Source: Acidobacteriota bacterium
GTDB lineage: Bacteria; Acidobacteriota; UBA6911; RPQK01; JAJDTT01
DNA: 64,000 nt
Reading direction: 5' to 3'
Assembly: GCA_965263035.1 (NCBI GenBank)
Contig: OZ253580.1
Location: 4,832,001-4,896,000 of the forward strand
Part shown: in pieces, positions 49,116-57,525 of the stretch
Layout of the letters: every line of letters begins with the position of its first letter
Position numbering within the stretch: position 1 is the stretch's first letter
The notes under the pieces: generated by a model
The model's input: the letters and a program-made list of their open reading frames with translations, nothing else
Database searches by the model: none
What the model was told of the DNA's origin: nothing
Made by a program: the position numbers and the translations under genes

Positions 49116-49598
49116 CTACCAGTAAGGCTTCCATCGAAGTCCCGCCCGTCGCCCCTTCTCCCGGACACTGACGCCGGACCCCGAGTAACTGGGATCGTCT
49201 ACCAAGCCAGCACCGGCCAAAATTGCCTTTTCGATCATTCTCACGTTGCCCTCATAACGCTCACTCTGCGCCCGAAACTCGACACTCAAGCCGGTGTAGA
49301 CGCCAGCCCTGACCATTTCTGCCGCATCGCGGCCGCTGGCAGTATTCAAGAATGGCGCTTCAACGCGGACCTCTTTCCCTTCCACCTTCGGGACGAAGCG
49401 CAAAAGCGCCTGTTTCCGATCGTGCTGAACGTTGAGGATCACCCCGGACTCTGGCCACGACAGCGAATTCTCCAGGAAGATTTCCGCCCGATCGCTCGCC
49501 CGCTCGCCGTACGTCAACAAAACGCCCGCCAGCAAGCCGGGAGATTGCCTTGAGTCGTCTTCCCGAAACTCAACCGCGCAACACCTAATTTCTAGCAT
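49116..49598 (-). CDS. HK97-type prohead protease
   Basis: LNVQHD (His), GLSVEF (Ser), GLVDDPSY.GS.V. Confidence 0.88.
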   Translation of the reverse strand: MLEIRCCAVEFREDDSRQSPGLLAGVLLTYGERASDRAEIFLENSLSWPESGVILNVQHDRKQALLRFVPKVEGKEVRVEAPFLNTASGRDAAEMVRAGVYTGLSVEFRAQSERYEGNVRMIEKAILAGAGLVDDPSYSGSGVSVREKGRRAGLRWKPYW

Positions 49599-49608
49599 TT
49601 CCTACCTA

Positions 49609-49899
49609 CTACGACGGCGTTAGAATTAAGGTGGCCGCGCCCGAATCGACCCGGATCCAAACCGTCTCATTTCCAACTTCAAGAATTCGAGTCGGGACCG
49701 CAGTTCCGCGAGCCGTCGGCCTCCAGGGGTGCCCGGTGACCGTCGGTTCTACCAGGTCGTCGGTTCGTGCCGTGAATACGGTAGCCAGCGGCGATAGGCC
49801 ACGAATGTCCATGGTCCACACGTCGCCCGCTTCAAATCCCGCCGCCAGGGTCAGGTTCAGCCAGCTTGTCGTCAGGTCGATTTGTTGCGTCCAGGCCAT
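49609..49899 (-). CDS. Small beta-rich protein, possible capsid decoration protein
   Basis: TAATG coupling to the upstream gene. Alternating beta-strand pattern ending VWIRVDSGAATLILT. Confidence 0.55.
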   Translation of the reverse strand: MAWTQQIDLTTSWLNLTLAAGFEAGDVWTMDIRGLSPLATVFTARTDDLVEPTVTGHPWRPTARGTAVPTRILEVGNETVWIRVDSGAATLILTPS

Positions 49900-50357
49900 T
49901 ACCTATTCCTGTTGATGCGTTCGTACCATCTACCGATCGCCCGCCCGCATTCTGGATCAAGGATGCCCGAGCTCGCCGACTTCAGCCGCTCGACAACCGT
50001 TGCCTCGCCGGGATCGAGGACGATCTCCTTCGCACCCGGCCCGAGCATTTCCAACAGCCGCCGCCGTCTCGCCGGTGATCCGTCTGAGTTGGTGGCCACG
50101 ATATCGAAACCCATTTCCCGGCCTCGCCGGATTACGTCCTGCCTCAAACGCTCAGTTATCGGCAACAGGGAGAGATCCGCACCGCGCCGGATCGGGAATC
50201 GGCCTGTAGTCGGGTCGCGCCTGGTCCCGGTGATCGAATTAAAGACAGAAGTGAAATCCGCGAGGATCGCGTTCCGACCAGTCGTTCCGAGAGTCGCCAA
50301 GGCAAGTTTGCTCTTCCCGGTCCCGGCTGGCCCTGAGATCAATACGCTACCAGGCAT
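49899..50357 (-). CDS. P-loop NTPase (AAA_33/kinase-like)
   Basis: LISGPAGTGKS Walker A at the N-terminus. GGAGG RBS. Confidence 0.8.
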   Translation of the reverse strand: MPGSVLISGPAGTGKSKLALATLGTTGRNAILADFTSVFNSITGTRRDPTTGRFPIRRGADLSLLPITERLRQDVIRRGREMGFDIVATNSDGSPARRRRLLEMLGPGAKEIVLDPGEATVVERLKSASSGILDPECGRAIGRWYERINRNR

Positions 50358-50383
50358 TTTACGCCAGTGCCTCCGCTCACCCG

Positions 50384-51580
50384 CTAAGAGTGCTGAACCT
50401 GGACGCGCTTCCAGCCGTCAGTCTCGATGACTTTGAACGCGACCAGCAAAATCGCAGTCAAGGAGATGATTCCTGTGGCCTTGCCCGAAATTTCGTCTAC
50501 CAAAAGCTGTATACCCTGCCACACGGGAGCAACCGCGTCCTGCCTGCCGCTGCCGAGACGGACGATGCAATCCTGCTTAGGATTGCTCCCGGTTGTCGCT
50601 GCCGGGACATGCGCCGAGATCCTGACGCCCGCCGTGATGTCCCGGAGACGTTCGATCGCGTTTCTCTCGCCGCTACTCGTGTTTCGATACAAGCTGGCCA
50701 TGCTGACCAAAGTCTCGTTCCCGATCAGAACCCGGAGTTCCGATTCGGAGGAAACCCGCCTGCCCGTAACCAGCCCGTAAGCAAGTCGAGAGAGATACGT
50801 GGTGTGAGTTGCGACCGCTGACGACGATGTGCGGGAAACGTCCGAGACGATCTGAGCAACCATCCGAGAATCGAGCCGTTCCGACAATCCACTCGAAAGC
50901 GCGAGCCTCAAGGCTTGATCCATGTTTGGGAATTTCGCCAAATCTGTCCTGCGGAATGAGAACGCGGCAGAAATTCGACCAGGTTCCAAAAGTTCCGCGC
51001 TGAACGCGCCGTCGGTCTCGGCATGACTTGTCGACGTGGTACTCGGCCCGTGGACCGTCGGCCTTGTCGTCAACACCGGAAAAGACGCCGCCCCCGCCTC
51101 GACCCTGGGAGAAAAAATTCCCATCCAAGCGGAATCTCCGAGAGCGAAAGCCGGTTGCAAGATCGGTGCCTGAGAAGCCGCCGCCGGAGTGTGAGATGTG
51201 GACGCCGGGACAGTCGCCACGGCCCGCTGTTCCAGCATCTCCAGCGGGATCATGTCAGCCGGGAGCTTGAAGTGATCCTGGATCTCCTTCTCCGCTCCGG
51301 AGCTGCTTGAACGCCGCTCGATTACCGCCTGGAAGATGTTTCCGACGTTCGCCCGATCCGACAGCCGCGCCAAAGCGGAATTCTCTCCGCCGTCACTCGG
51401 CTGGATGTCGCCCTCGGCCTTGATCGCGGCCCGGAGCTGGATCTCAGTATTGCCGAGATCCGTTTCGGCCTTCGTGATCGTTTCCTTGTCTTCCGCAGTG
51501 ATCGTTTCCTTGCGAGAAAGATCGAGCAACTTCGAGCGAATTTCCGACGCCCGAATGGTGAGCTTCTGTGCTTGAGTCAA
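50384..51580 (-). CDS. Phage major capsid protein (HK97 fold)
   Basis: GGAGGA plus TTG at 51580. N-terminal coiled-coil delta-like domain, AE...F....L.P.RI.A...F, L...L...L...LD. Located in the head module. Confidence 0.78.
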   Translation of the reverse strand: MTQAQKLTIRASEIRSKLLDLSRKETITAEDKETITKAETDLGNTEIQLRAAIKAEGDIQPSDGGENSALARLSDRANVGNIFQAVIERRSSSSGAEKEIQDHFKLPADMIPLEMLEQRAVATVPASTSHTPAAASQAPILQPAFALGDSAWMGIFSPRVEAGAASFPVLTTRPTVHGPSTTSTSHAETDGAFSAELLEPGRISAAFSFRRTDLAKFPNMDQALRLALSSGLSERLDSRMVAQIVSDVSRTSSSAVATHTTYLSRLAYGLVTGRRVSSESELRVLIGNETLVSMASLYRNTSSGERNAIERLRDITAGVRISAHVPAATTGSNPKQDCIVRLGSGRQDAVAPVWQGIQLLVDEISGKATGIISLTAILLVAFKVIETDGWKRVQVQHS

Positions 51581-51671
51581 CGTGCTGTCCTCCGGTTGAT
51601 TGATCGGTTCCAGGTCGATTTTAGCACAGTTGGCACGGGAATTGCTCATAGAGCAATCATAGTGCCAAATC

Positions 51672-52046
51672 TCAGTCCACCTTCCTCAAATATCGGTTGG
51701 AGGCTGTTTCAGTCTCGACCAGGTGATCGACCAGCCGGCTCCACCGCTTCTCAGCAGCCGTCAACGGCCTGGAATTCTCACGTGCCGTCTTGCGGATGTG
51801 GCAATCCCGGCAGAGCGTTTGCAGGTTGTCCGTATGCTCCCGCCCGCCCTGAGAAAGCGGGATTATGTGATCCACTTCCAGGCGGCCCGCCTTGCCGCAG
51901 TCGATGTTCTGGCAACGGAAGTTGTCTCGATGTAGCACCCGCATCCGAAGCACCCGCCACGCCCGTTGAGAGATCGTGTGCCGCTTCGCCCGCTTCGCCC
52001 GCTTCGCCAGTGGAGAGCCCGGCGTACCGCCCCAATTCGCCATCAT
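51672..52046 (-). CDS. Phage HNH endonuclease (packaging-associated, gp74-like)
   Basis: W..LR..VL.RD..RCQ..C, EVDHIIPL..GG....NLQTLC..CH..KT. Confidence 0.93.
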   Translation of the reverse strand: MMANWGGTPGSPLAKRAKRAKRHTISQRAWRVLRMRVLHRDNFRCQNIDCGKAGRLEVDHIIPLSQGGREHTDNLQTLCRDCHIRKTARENSRPLTAAEKRWSRLVDHLVETETASNRYLRKVD

Positions 52047-53497
52047 GCCAATGCCGTCCTCAATCGGCGGGGCGCCGCGTTCTTCTCGGACCTATGGAAC
52101 ACCCCCGCCACAAGCACCAGGGAAGCCGCCACGTCGTCTCTTCCTCGGTTGGAGCTATCCTTCTTCACCAACCGGACGGACCCTTGGTCGTCCGACTTGA
52201 CCCGAGCCGCGGCGAGCGAAGCCTCGAACAGGGAGTGAGAGCTTTTAGGGCATGACAATGGGCCATCCCTCACAATGCGCCGTAGAGAGTCAATGTCCTC
52301 CGTGGCCTCCGACCACCTGGCAACCCGTGGGACAATCGGAATCCCAGGACCGATAGCATCCTTCAGTGCCTTCAACCGGAACCTGTCACAGACGACAGAC
52401 GCCGGACGCCCCCAGCGCCTCATGACAGCTTGATGTAGATGATGCGGTTCGGGGTCACGCTTTCCAGGTACGGTGACAAGCTGGCCGCCATCCTCGAGGA
52501 GCTGGTAAAGGCCCGCAGGGACATTATCCCGCTGTTCCTGCTTGCGGAGGCTGGGGATACCCGGTGCCACCGCTATGCACTCTGTACGCCCATTCCTCCA
52601 CATCCCGCAGGCCGCGTCCCATGCTCTTCCCCCTCCGATATCAATCGAAACGATCGGGCGACCTACTCGGGGAGGGACCGGTCGGGCCTTCACCATCTCC
52701 CACTCCTCGACCGTGATTAAAGTGACCTCCTCGTCCATGGTCGGGAGGTTCATGCGGTAGCTGAGGAACCGCGACTTCAAGCGGGAGTCCCGCAAAGCCG
52801 CGTCCCTTTCCTCGATCAACTTCGCCAGGAACCGACCCGATATCCGAGTCAGGGGATTGACCCGCTTGATCTCCTCTATGTCGTCCCACAGCTTGCGCTT
52901 CCCCTGGAGCGTCATGACGTAGGTGCTCCCGTGGGAGCCACCGGCCACCATGTCCGGCCACCAGCCTGTCGTAGTGGGAGCCAGAGTTCCGATCAAGATC
53001 AATCGAAGTGGTGAGCCCGGCTTCCCCATTGCCGTCGAAAGGGAGTCGTATAACAACTGACCATTATTCACCTGCCAAGCTCCAGGTTCGTCCCCTACCA
53101 CCAGCGGCACATTGACCAGTCCAAACGACCCCTTCGCGTTGGAGCTCAACACCCGCACCCGCGTGTTCGATTCCACGTGGCGGATGCCGATCCTGTTGAA
53201 GGAATCCAGGAACCTGTAACCGCCCAGCGGTTCCAGATCGGCCCGGACGAAGTTGTAGACGATCCTCGCCTGTTCGAGGCTTGCCGCCGTCAGAACAACC
53301 TCTTTCCCGGGATGGAAAAGGGAGTCGCCCGGAATCATCGCCCGCTTCACCAGGTGAGCCCCGAGGAAAGATTTCCCATTGCCACGAGGGGCACTGAGAC
53401 AGGCCAGGTCAATCCCGTCGGCCGTCGCCCGCTCGATGAACTTCCGCTGAAACGGTTCAAGCCTCATTTTGACCCCCGGAGGCCCTTTTCCATGCAC
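52043..53497 (-). CDS. Terminase large subunit
   Basis: LEPFQ, PRGNGKS (Walker A), AASLEQARIVY, VVGDE (Walker B), NP, SIDIG and DDVAAS nuclease acids. Confidence 0.92.
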   Translation of the reverse strand: MHGKGPPGVKMRLEPFQRKFIERATADGIDLACLSAPRGNGKSFLGAHLVKRAMIPGDSLFHPGKEVVLTAASLEQARIVYNFVRADLEPLGGYRFLDSFNRIGIRHVESNTRVRVLSSNAKGSFGLVNVPLVVGDEPGAWQVNNGQLLYDSLSTAMGKPGSPLRLILIGTLAPTTTGWWPDMVAGGSHGSTYVMTLQGKRKLWDDIEEIKRVNPLTRISGRFLAKLIEERDAALRDSRLKSRFLSYRMNLPTMDEEVTLITVEEWEMVKARPVPPRVGRPIVSIDIGGGRAWDAACGMWRNGRTECIAVAPGIPSLRKQEQRDNVPAGLYQLLEDGGQLVTVPGKRDPEPHHLHQAVMRRWGRPASVVCDRFRLKALKDAIGPGIPIVPRVARWSEATEDIDSLRRIVRDGPLSCPKSSHSLFEASLAAARVKSDDQGSVRLVKKDSSNRGRDDVAASLVLVAGVFHRSEKNAAPRRLRTALA

Positions 53498-53567
53498 GCT
53501 CTAGCCCACCCCACGGATCTGGGCCCCTCCCCCCGGATCGGCGGTGCCATATGCCCGCGCCCCGGCC

Positions 53568-53825
53568 CTACTCAGCAACACGCCAGCGGGCCTGCGCCCG
53601 CTGCTCGGTTCGAACGTCCTCAGCAATCATGGCGTCAGCAATCTCAAAGCAAACCGCCGCAAGCGCAGGGATTCGCGCTTGGAGATCCGCTTCCGGTTGT
53701 TCATGCCCAGTAGTCCAATTCGAGGACGCCAATGCCTGCCCCGCGTACCACTGCCGCAGGTTCATGTTCTTCATGGGCATTCTCGCCCGGTACAACATTT
53801 TTTCATTCAGTTCCTTGTCAGTCAT
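53568..53825 (-). CDS. Small phage protein of the 'M.LRD.FA..A ... A..IADAM' type
   Basis: MNLRQWYAGQAL ... CFEIADAMIAE. GGAGG RBS. Confidence 0.7.
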   Translation of the reverse strand: MTDKELNEKMLYRARMPMKNMNLRQWYAGQALASSNWTTGHEQPEADLQARIPALAAVCFEIADAMIAEDVRTEQRAQARWRVAE

Positions 53826-54019
53826 GATTCCCTCCATTCGTTCCCACTCTGCCAAGTGCACACATAAACACAGTGCACAGAGGATCCCCTATGACTACTG
53901 CAATCCGTTACACTTCTCCGTCCATATATAGAGCGCTCTGAGCACTCCCAGCAGAGCGGCTCGTCAGTGGCACCATGTCTCCGCCTTTCCATGTGATATC
54001 GTTTCTCACTCATCATCAT
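53822..54019 (-). CDS. Small Cys/His-rich hypothetical protein
   Basis: AAGGAGG RBS, CWEC plus further Cys/His. ATGA coupling to the next gene. Confidence 0.5.
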   Translation of the reverse strand: MMMSEKRYHMERRRHGATDEPLCWECSERSIYGRRSVTDCSSHRGSSVHCVYVCTWQSGNEWRES

Positions 54020-54038
54020 TCCTCCTTGTAAGTTCAAC

Positions 54039-54347
54039 TTAGATTGCTCGTTCCTTCCACAGGATCTGCACAGGGACTCGACCCCGACCGATGACGCTCC
54101 GGTAGTCTCCGGCCAGCACGTCGGCGGCTGGCTTAAGGCACCATTTATGAGCTGCCCCAATATGCCCCCACCCCTCCGCGATGAACCTCGTTCCCCGATG
54201 CGGAAGGCGAAGCACCCGCACACAGTCGAAGTCCGGAGCCGAGAGCCCCGACAGAGTGAACAGCTCGAAGTCGAATACGACTCGGTGCGGTTCGCTCCGC
54301 TGTCGATAGATGGCGAATACCATGCTCTGTTCCTCCAAGTGATTCAC
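54039..54347 (-). CDS. Hypothetical protein
   Basis: GTGA overlap with the recombinase stop codon. Protein-like composition. Confidence 0.5.
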   Translation of the reverse strand: MNHLEEQSMVFAIYRQRSEPHRVVFDFELFTLSGLSAPDFDCVRVLRLPHRGTRFIAEGWGHIGAAHKWCLKPAADVLAGDYRSVIGRGRVPVQILWKERAI

Positions 54348-55558
54348 CCTTGCCCATTCTGAGATTCGTGTAGCCGAGAGACAGCCCCGCGTCGAGCATC
54401 AGTTGTCTCTGTGTACCGCAGCACGGTCGCAGTACTCTTCCACCGGCCAGCCCGCGCGACTTCCTGGATTGGCTCGCGGTTTTCGGTGAGGGTCTGCGCC
54501 ATGCCACGCCGGAAAGAGTGACCGCCATACCGTCCCTTGAGCCCGCATTGCTCACACCTGTTCTTGGTGATGTCCCGGATCGTGCGAGGATGCATCCCTG
54601 TATCGGATGGTCGCCCCGAGTGAAACACCTTACGGAACAGCGGTCCCGGACCGATCCGGGAGCTCTCAGTCCAGACCCGCACCTTCATCATGGCTGGCGG
54701 GCTGATAAACAGGGTAGCTCCCTCGCCGTTCTGGTCTGTCTTGGAGCGTCGAATAGTGAGCAGCCCGGACCCGTCGTCTTGGTCTTCCAGGTCCGACACT
54801 TCAAGCGCGGCCAACTCGCCGACCCGCAACAATCCGTCGAATAGCAAGCTGAAGATCGCCGCATCCCGGATGCCCCGGAGCCCGTACTCCCCTTCACAGT
54901 GAGCCACCAGTTTCGCCACGTCCGCCGCCCTCAGTTCCTTCACAGACCCCTTCGCCCGGGACGCTCCTTCCCGTCTGATGCGCTTCATGACCGCCCTACT
55001 CAGCACCCCGTAGGGATCAGGGTCGCCCATGGCCTTGGCCCGGAACACCAAGACCCGAACATCAAGACCGATCGTTCCCGGCGACACGGGAGGATCGGTT
55101 TGCTCGAAGCGATCTTCCAGGTATCGGGAAAGGATGGCGTCCGTGATCTCGGAAGAGCCGGAGCAGTTCACCAAGTGCTTGTCGATGCGGTTGATGATGC
55201 CCAGGTATTGGGTCCGCGTAGACAGCGCCAGACTCGCCAGCGCGACGTCCAGCTTGTCACCAGCGGTCAGCTCGGCCGCCGGCGTGGTCCACCGCTCCGA
55301 AGTCTCCGTGCTGGGCAGACCAGCTTCCGCCCGGTACTCCTCGTAATCGTTCAGAGCTTGCTGCTTCATGCAGAGCAGGGAGTGCATCCTGTAGTCGATC
55401 AGAGCCTGAAACTCCTCGATGGCTTGATCGATTTTCTCGATGTGAGTTTCCATCCGTGCTACTTCGTCGTGCGGGAGAATCTGGATATTGAATTTCACCG
55501 GCTCCCGCTTCTTCTCTGCCATTTCGTTCTCCTGGTTGGGTTGGTGATGATCGGTCAC
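54344..55558 (-). CDS. Cre-like tyrosine recombinase/integrase
   Basis: RDAAI....F...LR..E, SKTDQ.GEG, GHSFRRG.AQ, GRWKS...VLRY. The start may be at MAEKK (~55522). Confidence 0.93.
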   Translation of the reverse strand: MTDHHQPNQENEMAEKKREPVKFNIQILPHDEVARMETHIEKIDQAIEEFQALIDYRMHSLLCMKQQALNDYEEYRAEAGLPSTETSERWTTPAAELTAGDKLDVALASLALSTRTQYLGIINRIDKHLVNCSGSSEITDAILSRYLEDRFEQTDPPVSPGTIGLDVRVLVFRAKAMGDPDPYGVLSRAVMKRIRREGASRAKGSVKELRAADVAKLVAHCEGEYGLRGIRDAAIFSLLFDGLLRVGELAALEVSDLEDQDDGSGLLTIRRSKTDQNGEGATLFISPPAMMKVRVWTESSRIGPGPLFRKVFHSGRPSDTGMHPRTIRDITKNRCEQCGLKGRYGGHSFRRGMAQTLTENREPIQEVARAGRWKSTATVLRYTETTDARRGAVSRLHESQNGQG

Positions 55559-55598
55559 CAGGAGAGCTTACCAGAGTTGGGGGATAATGGGTAGTGTC

Positions 55599-55624
55599 CC
55601 GTCTATTGTCAACGGAATGGACGG
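55599..55624. other. Candidate att site (right), lox-like palindrome
   Basis: CCGTCTATT-GTCAACGG-AATGGACGG: 8/9 inverted arms around an 8-bp spacer, just upstream of the recombinase. Confidence 0.55.
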
Positions 55625-55663
55625 TGTCTTCAAAACTCATATAGGCCGGTAGACGGTAAGCCG

Positions 55664-57517
55664 TCACCGGGCGACCAGGGGCAGGGTGACATGTGACGGC
55701 CGGCTCCGGTCATGGAACACGGTGTTGCGGGCGATGGTCCAACTCCGTTCCCGGCCCAGCGGCTCCCCGGTGTTGGGATTGACGTCGAACCGCGGGAAGT
55801 TGCTGGAGGAGACGTCCAGGCGAATCCGGTGTCCCTTTTGGAAGCGGTTGGCCGTGGGGTAGAGGACGATGGTGATGGACGCCACCTCTCCCGGCTCCAA
55901 GAGCCGTGCCGTGCCGCCGCTCTCGCGGTAGCGGACCCTGAGAATGCTGTCGCTCAGGTTCAGCGCGTAGCCTAGGGGATAGTCCGGGCCGGGGGGATAG
56001 ACGTCGATGAGCTTGGCGGTGAAGTCGGTGTCCCGTGCGGAGGAGGCGACCCAGAGCTTGACCTCCATGGGCCCTGCGATTTCCAGATCCTGTTCCAGCG
56101 GCGGCGTCTCGAACACCAGGACGTCGGGACGGGAGCCCAGGGGCAGATAGGGCGGCGTGCATCCGAAGAAGTCCGGACCCTCGGTCTGGTCAAACCCCCC
56201 GGACGGAGTCACGGCCTCGATCATGGTCGGTGTGGGGACCGATTCCGGCCGAACTCCCTGGGGCCAGGGCCGAACGTAGCTCAGGGAGGAGAAGTTCCCT
56301 CCGATGGTGGGGACCGGACGCCGCGGATCGTAGCGATAGCTGGTGGAGGATTCCTTCCGGTCGGAGGGGCGGGGCGACAGGGTCCGGTCCGGATGCAGGT
56401 AATAGGGCGTGGGCGCCGCCTGCGACAGCGGCCAGCCGTCTCCCTCGCGCCAATGCCCGCCGTGGTCCAGATTCCCCAAGCGGGTCCTGCGCCCGCTGCC
56501 GCCGCCCATGAGGAACCATCGGATGGCCGGCATGCGGGCCGCGTCCGTCTCCCGGCCCTTGAGCCACTGGTCGAACCAGTCCAGATGGAGGCGGTCCAGA
56601 CTCGCCAGTGGCGCTTCCGGTCCCAGGTCCGCGTCTCCGGACAGTTGTTCCTCGGTCGTGTAGGTGCCGTGCACCCAGGGACCCATGACGACCTTCACCG
56701 GCCCCGTCTTGGCACTCCTCAGAGCCTGGAAAGCCTCCAGCGTGGCGCGGGTGTAGGAGTCGTACCAGCCTCCGATCAGGAGAATGGGGACATCCGAGTG
56801 CTGCTCCAGGAACTCCTCGATGGCGAATCCGGGTTGTTTCCAGTACTCGTCGTAATCCCCGTGCCGGACCAGCTCCAGGGCCCAGCGCTCGTAACCGGGA
56901 AGTAACGAGAGCTGGCTCTGTCCCCTTCGCAGCGGCAGCCGCCGGAGCCAATGCCGAAAATCGGGACCCGACGACAGCCCCTCCTGCAACCAGGGGAGAG
57001 CGTTGGTTTCGGCGTTCCCGTGATTGACGGAGTGCCAGAAGGCCCAAGCCAGAAAACGGAGCTCGTAGGCCCCACCCTGGCGGACCGAGCTGGTATAGGC
57101 GTTCCAGCCGCCCATGACGGGGATCATGCAGGCGAGATGAGGAGGGTTCTGCGTGGCCAGGGTGCTCTGGGTCCAGGCCACGTAGGAGGTGCCGTAGGTC
57201 CCCACCTTCCCGTCGCACCACTCCTGCCGGGCCGTCCACTCCACGGCGTCGTAACCGTCGAAGGGTTCGTTGACCAGAAAGACCAGATCTCCCTCGGAGG
57301 AATGGCAGCCCCGGCAGTCCTGGACAACCACCGCATAGCCATGCTCGGCGTAGCGCTCGGCCCGCCGCATCCGCTCCAGTTCCTGCTTGCCGTAGGGAGT
57401 CCGTTCCAGGAGGGCAGGGAAGGGCCCCGAGGCGTCGGCGGGCCGGTAGACGTCGGTTCCCAGGCGGACTCCGTCCCGCATCGTGACCATGACGTTTCGA
57501 TCGATCCTCAGGGCCAT
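55664..57517 (-). CDS. CocE/NonD family hydrolase
   Basis: MRDGVRL.TDVYRP, RTPYGK, GTSY, GGWYD, GPWVH, SSSNFPRFD.NPNTG. Confidence 0.95.
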   Translation of the reverse strand: MALRIDRNVMVTMRDGVRLGTDVYRPADASGPFPALLERTPYGKQELERMRRAERYAEHGYAVVVQDCRGCHSSEGDLVFLVNEPFDGYDAVEWTARQEWCDGKVGTYGTSYVAWTQSTLATQNPPHLACMIPVMGGWNAYTSSVRQGGAYELRFLAWAFWHSVNHGNAETNALPWLQEGLSSGPDFRHWLRRLPLRRGQSQLSLLPGYERWALELVRHGDYDEYWKQPGFAIEEFLEQHSDVPILLIGGWYDSYTRATLEAFQALRSAKTGPVKVVMGPWVHGTYTTEEQLSGDADLGPEAPLASLDRLHLDWFDQWLKGRETDAARMPAIRWFLMGGGSGRRTRLGNLDHGGHWREGDGWPLSQAAPTPYYLHPDRTLSPRPSDRKESSTSYRYDPRRPVPTIGGNFSSLSYVRPWPQGVRPESVPTPTMIEAVTPSGGFDQTEGPDFFGCTPPYLPLGSRPDVLVFETPPLEQDLEIAGPMEVKLWVASSARDTDFTAKLIDVYPPGPDYPLGYALNLSDSILRVRYRESGGTARLLEPGEVASITIVLYPTANRFQKGHRIRLDVSSSNFPRFDVNPNTGEPLGRERSWTIARNTVFHDRSRPSHVTLPLVAR

Positions 57518-57525
57518 GGGCGACC

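Larger units (their letters stand above)
46291..55619 (-). mobile_element. Integrated capsid-encoding, tail-less phage-satellite-like element (~9.3 kb)
   Basis: Recombinase plus a head/packaging module, all on the minus strand and between host genes. Bounded by ATTATCAACGCAATG / ATTGTCAACGGAATG. Confidence 0.8.

Noticed and set aside
51980-52008. 9-bp triple repeat CCGCTTCGC in the HNH gene
   Set aside because: In-frame AKR x3 micro-duplication with no evident consequence.
46291-55619. Complete prophage or encapsulin locus
   Set aside because: There are no tail, lysis or replication genes for a prophage. Portal, terminase and protease argue against an encapsulin.
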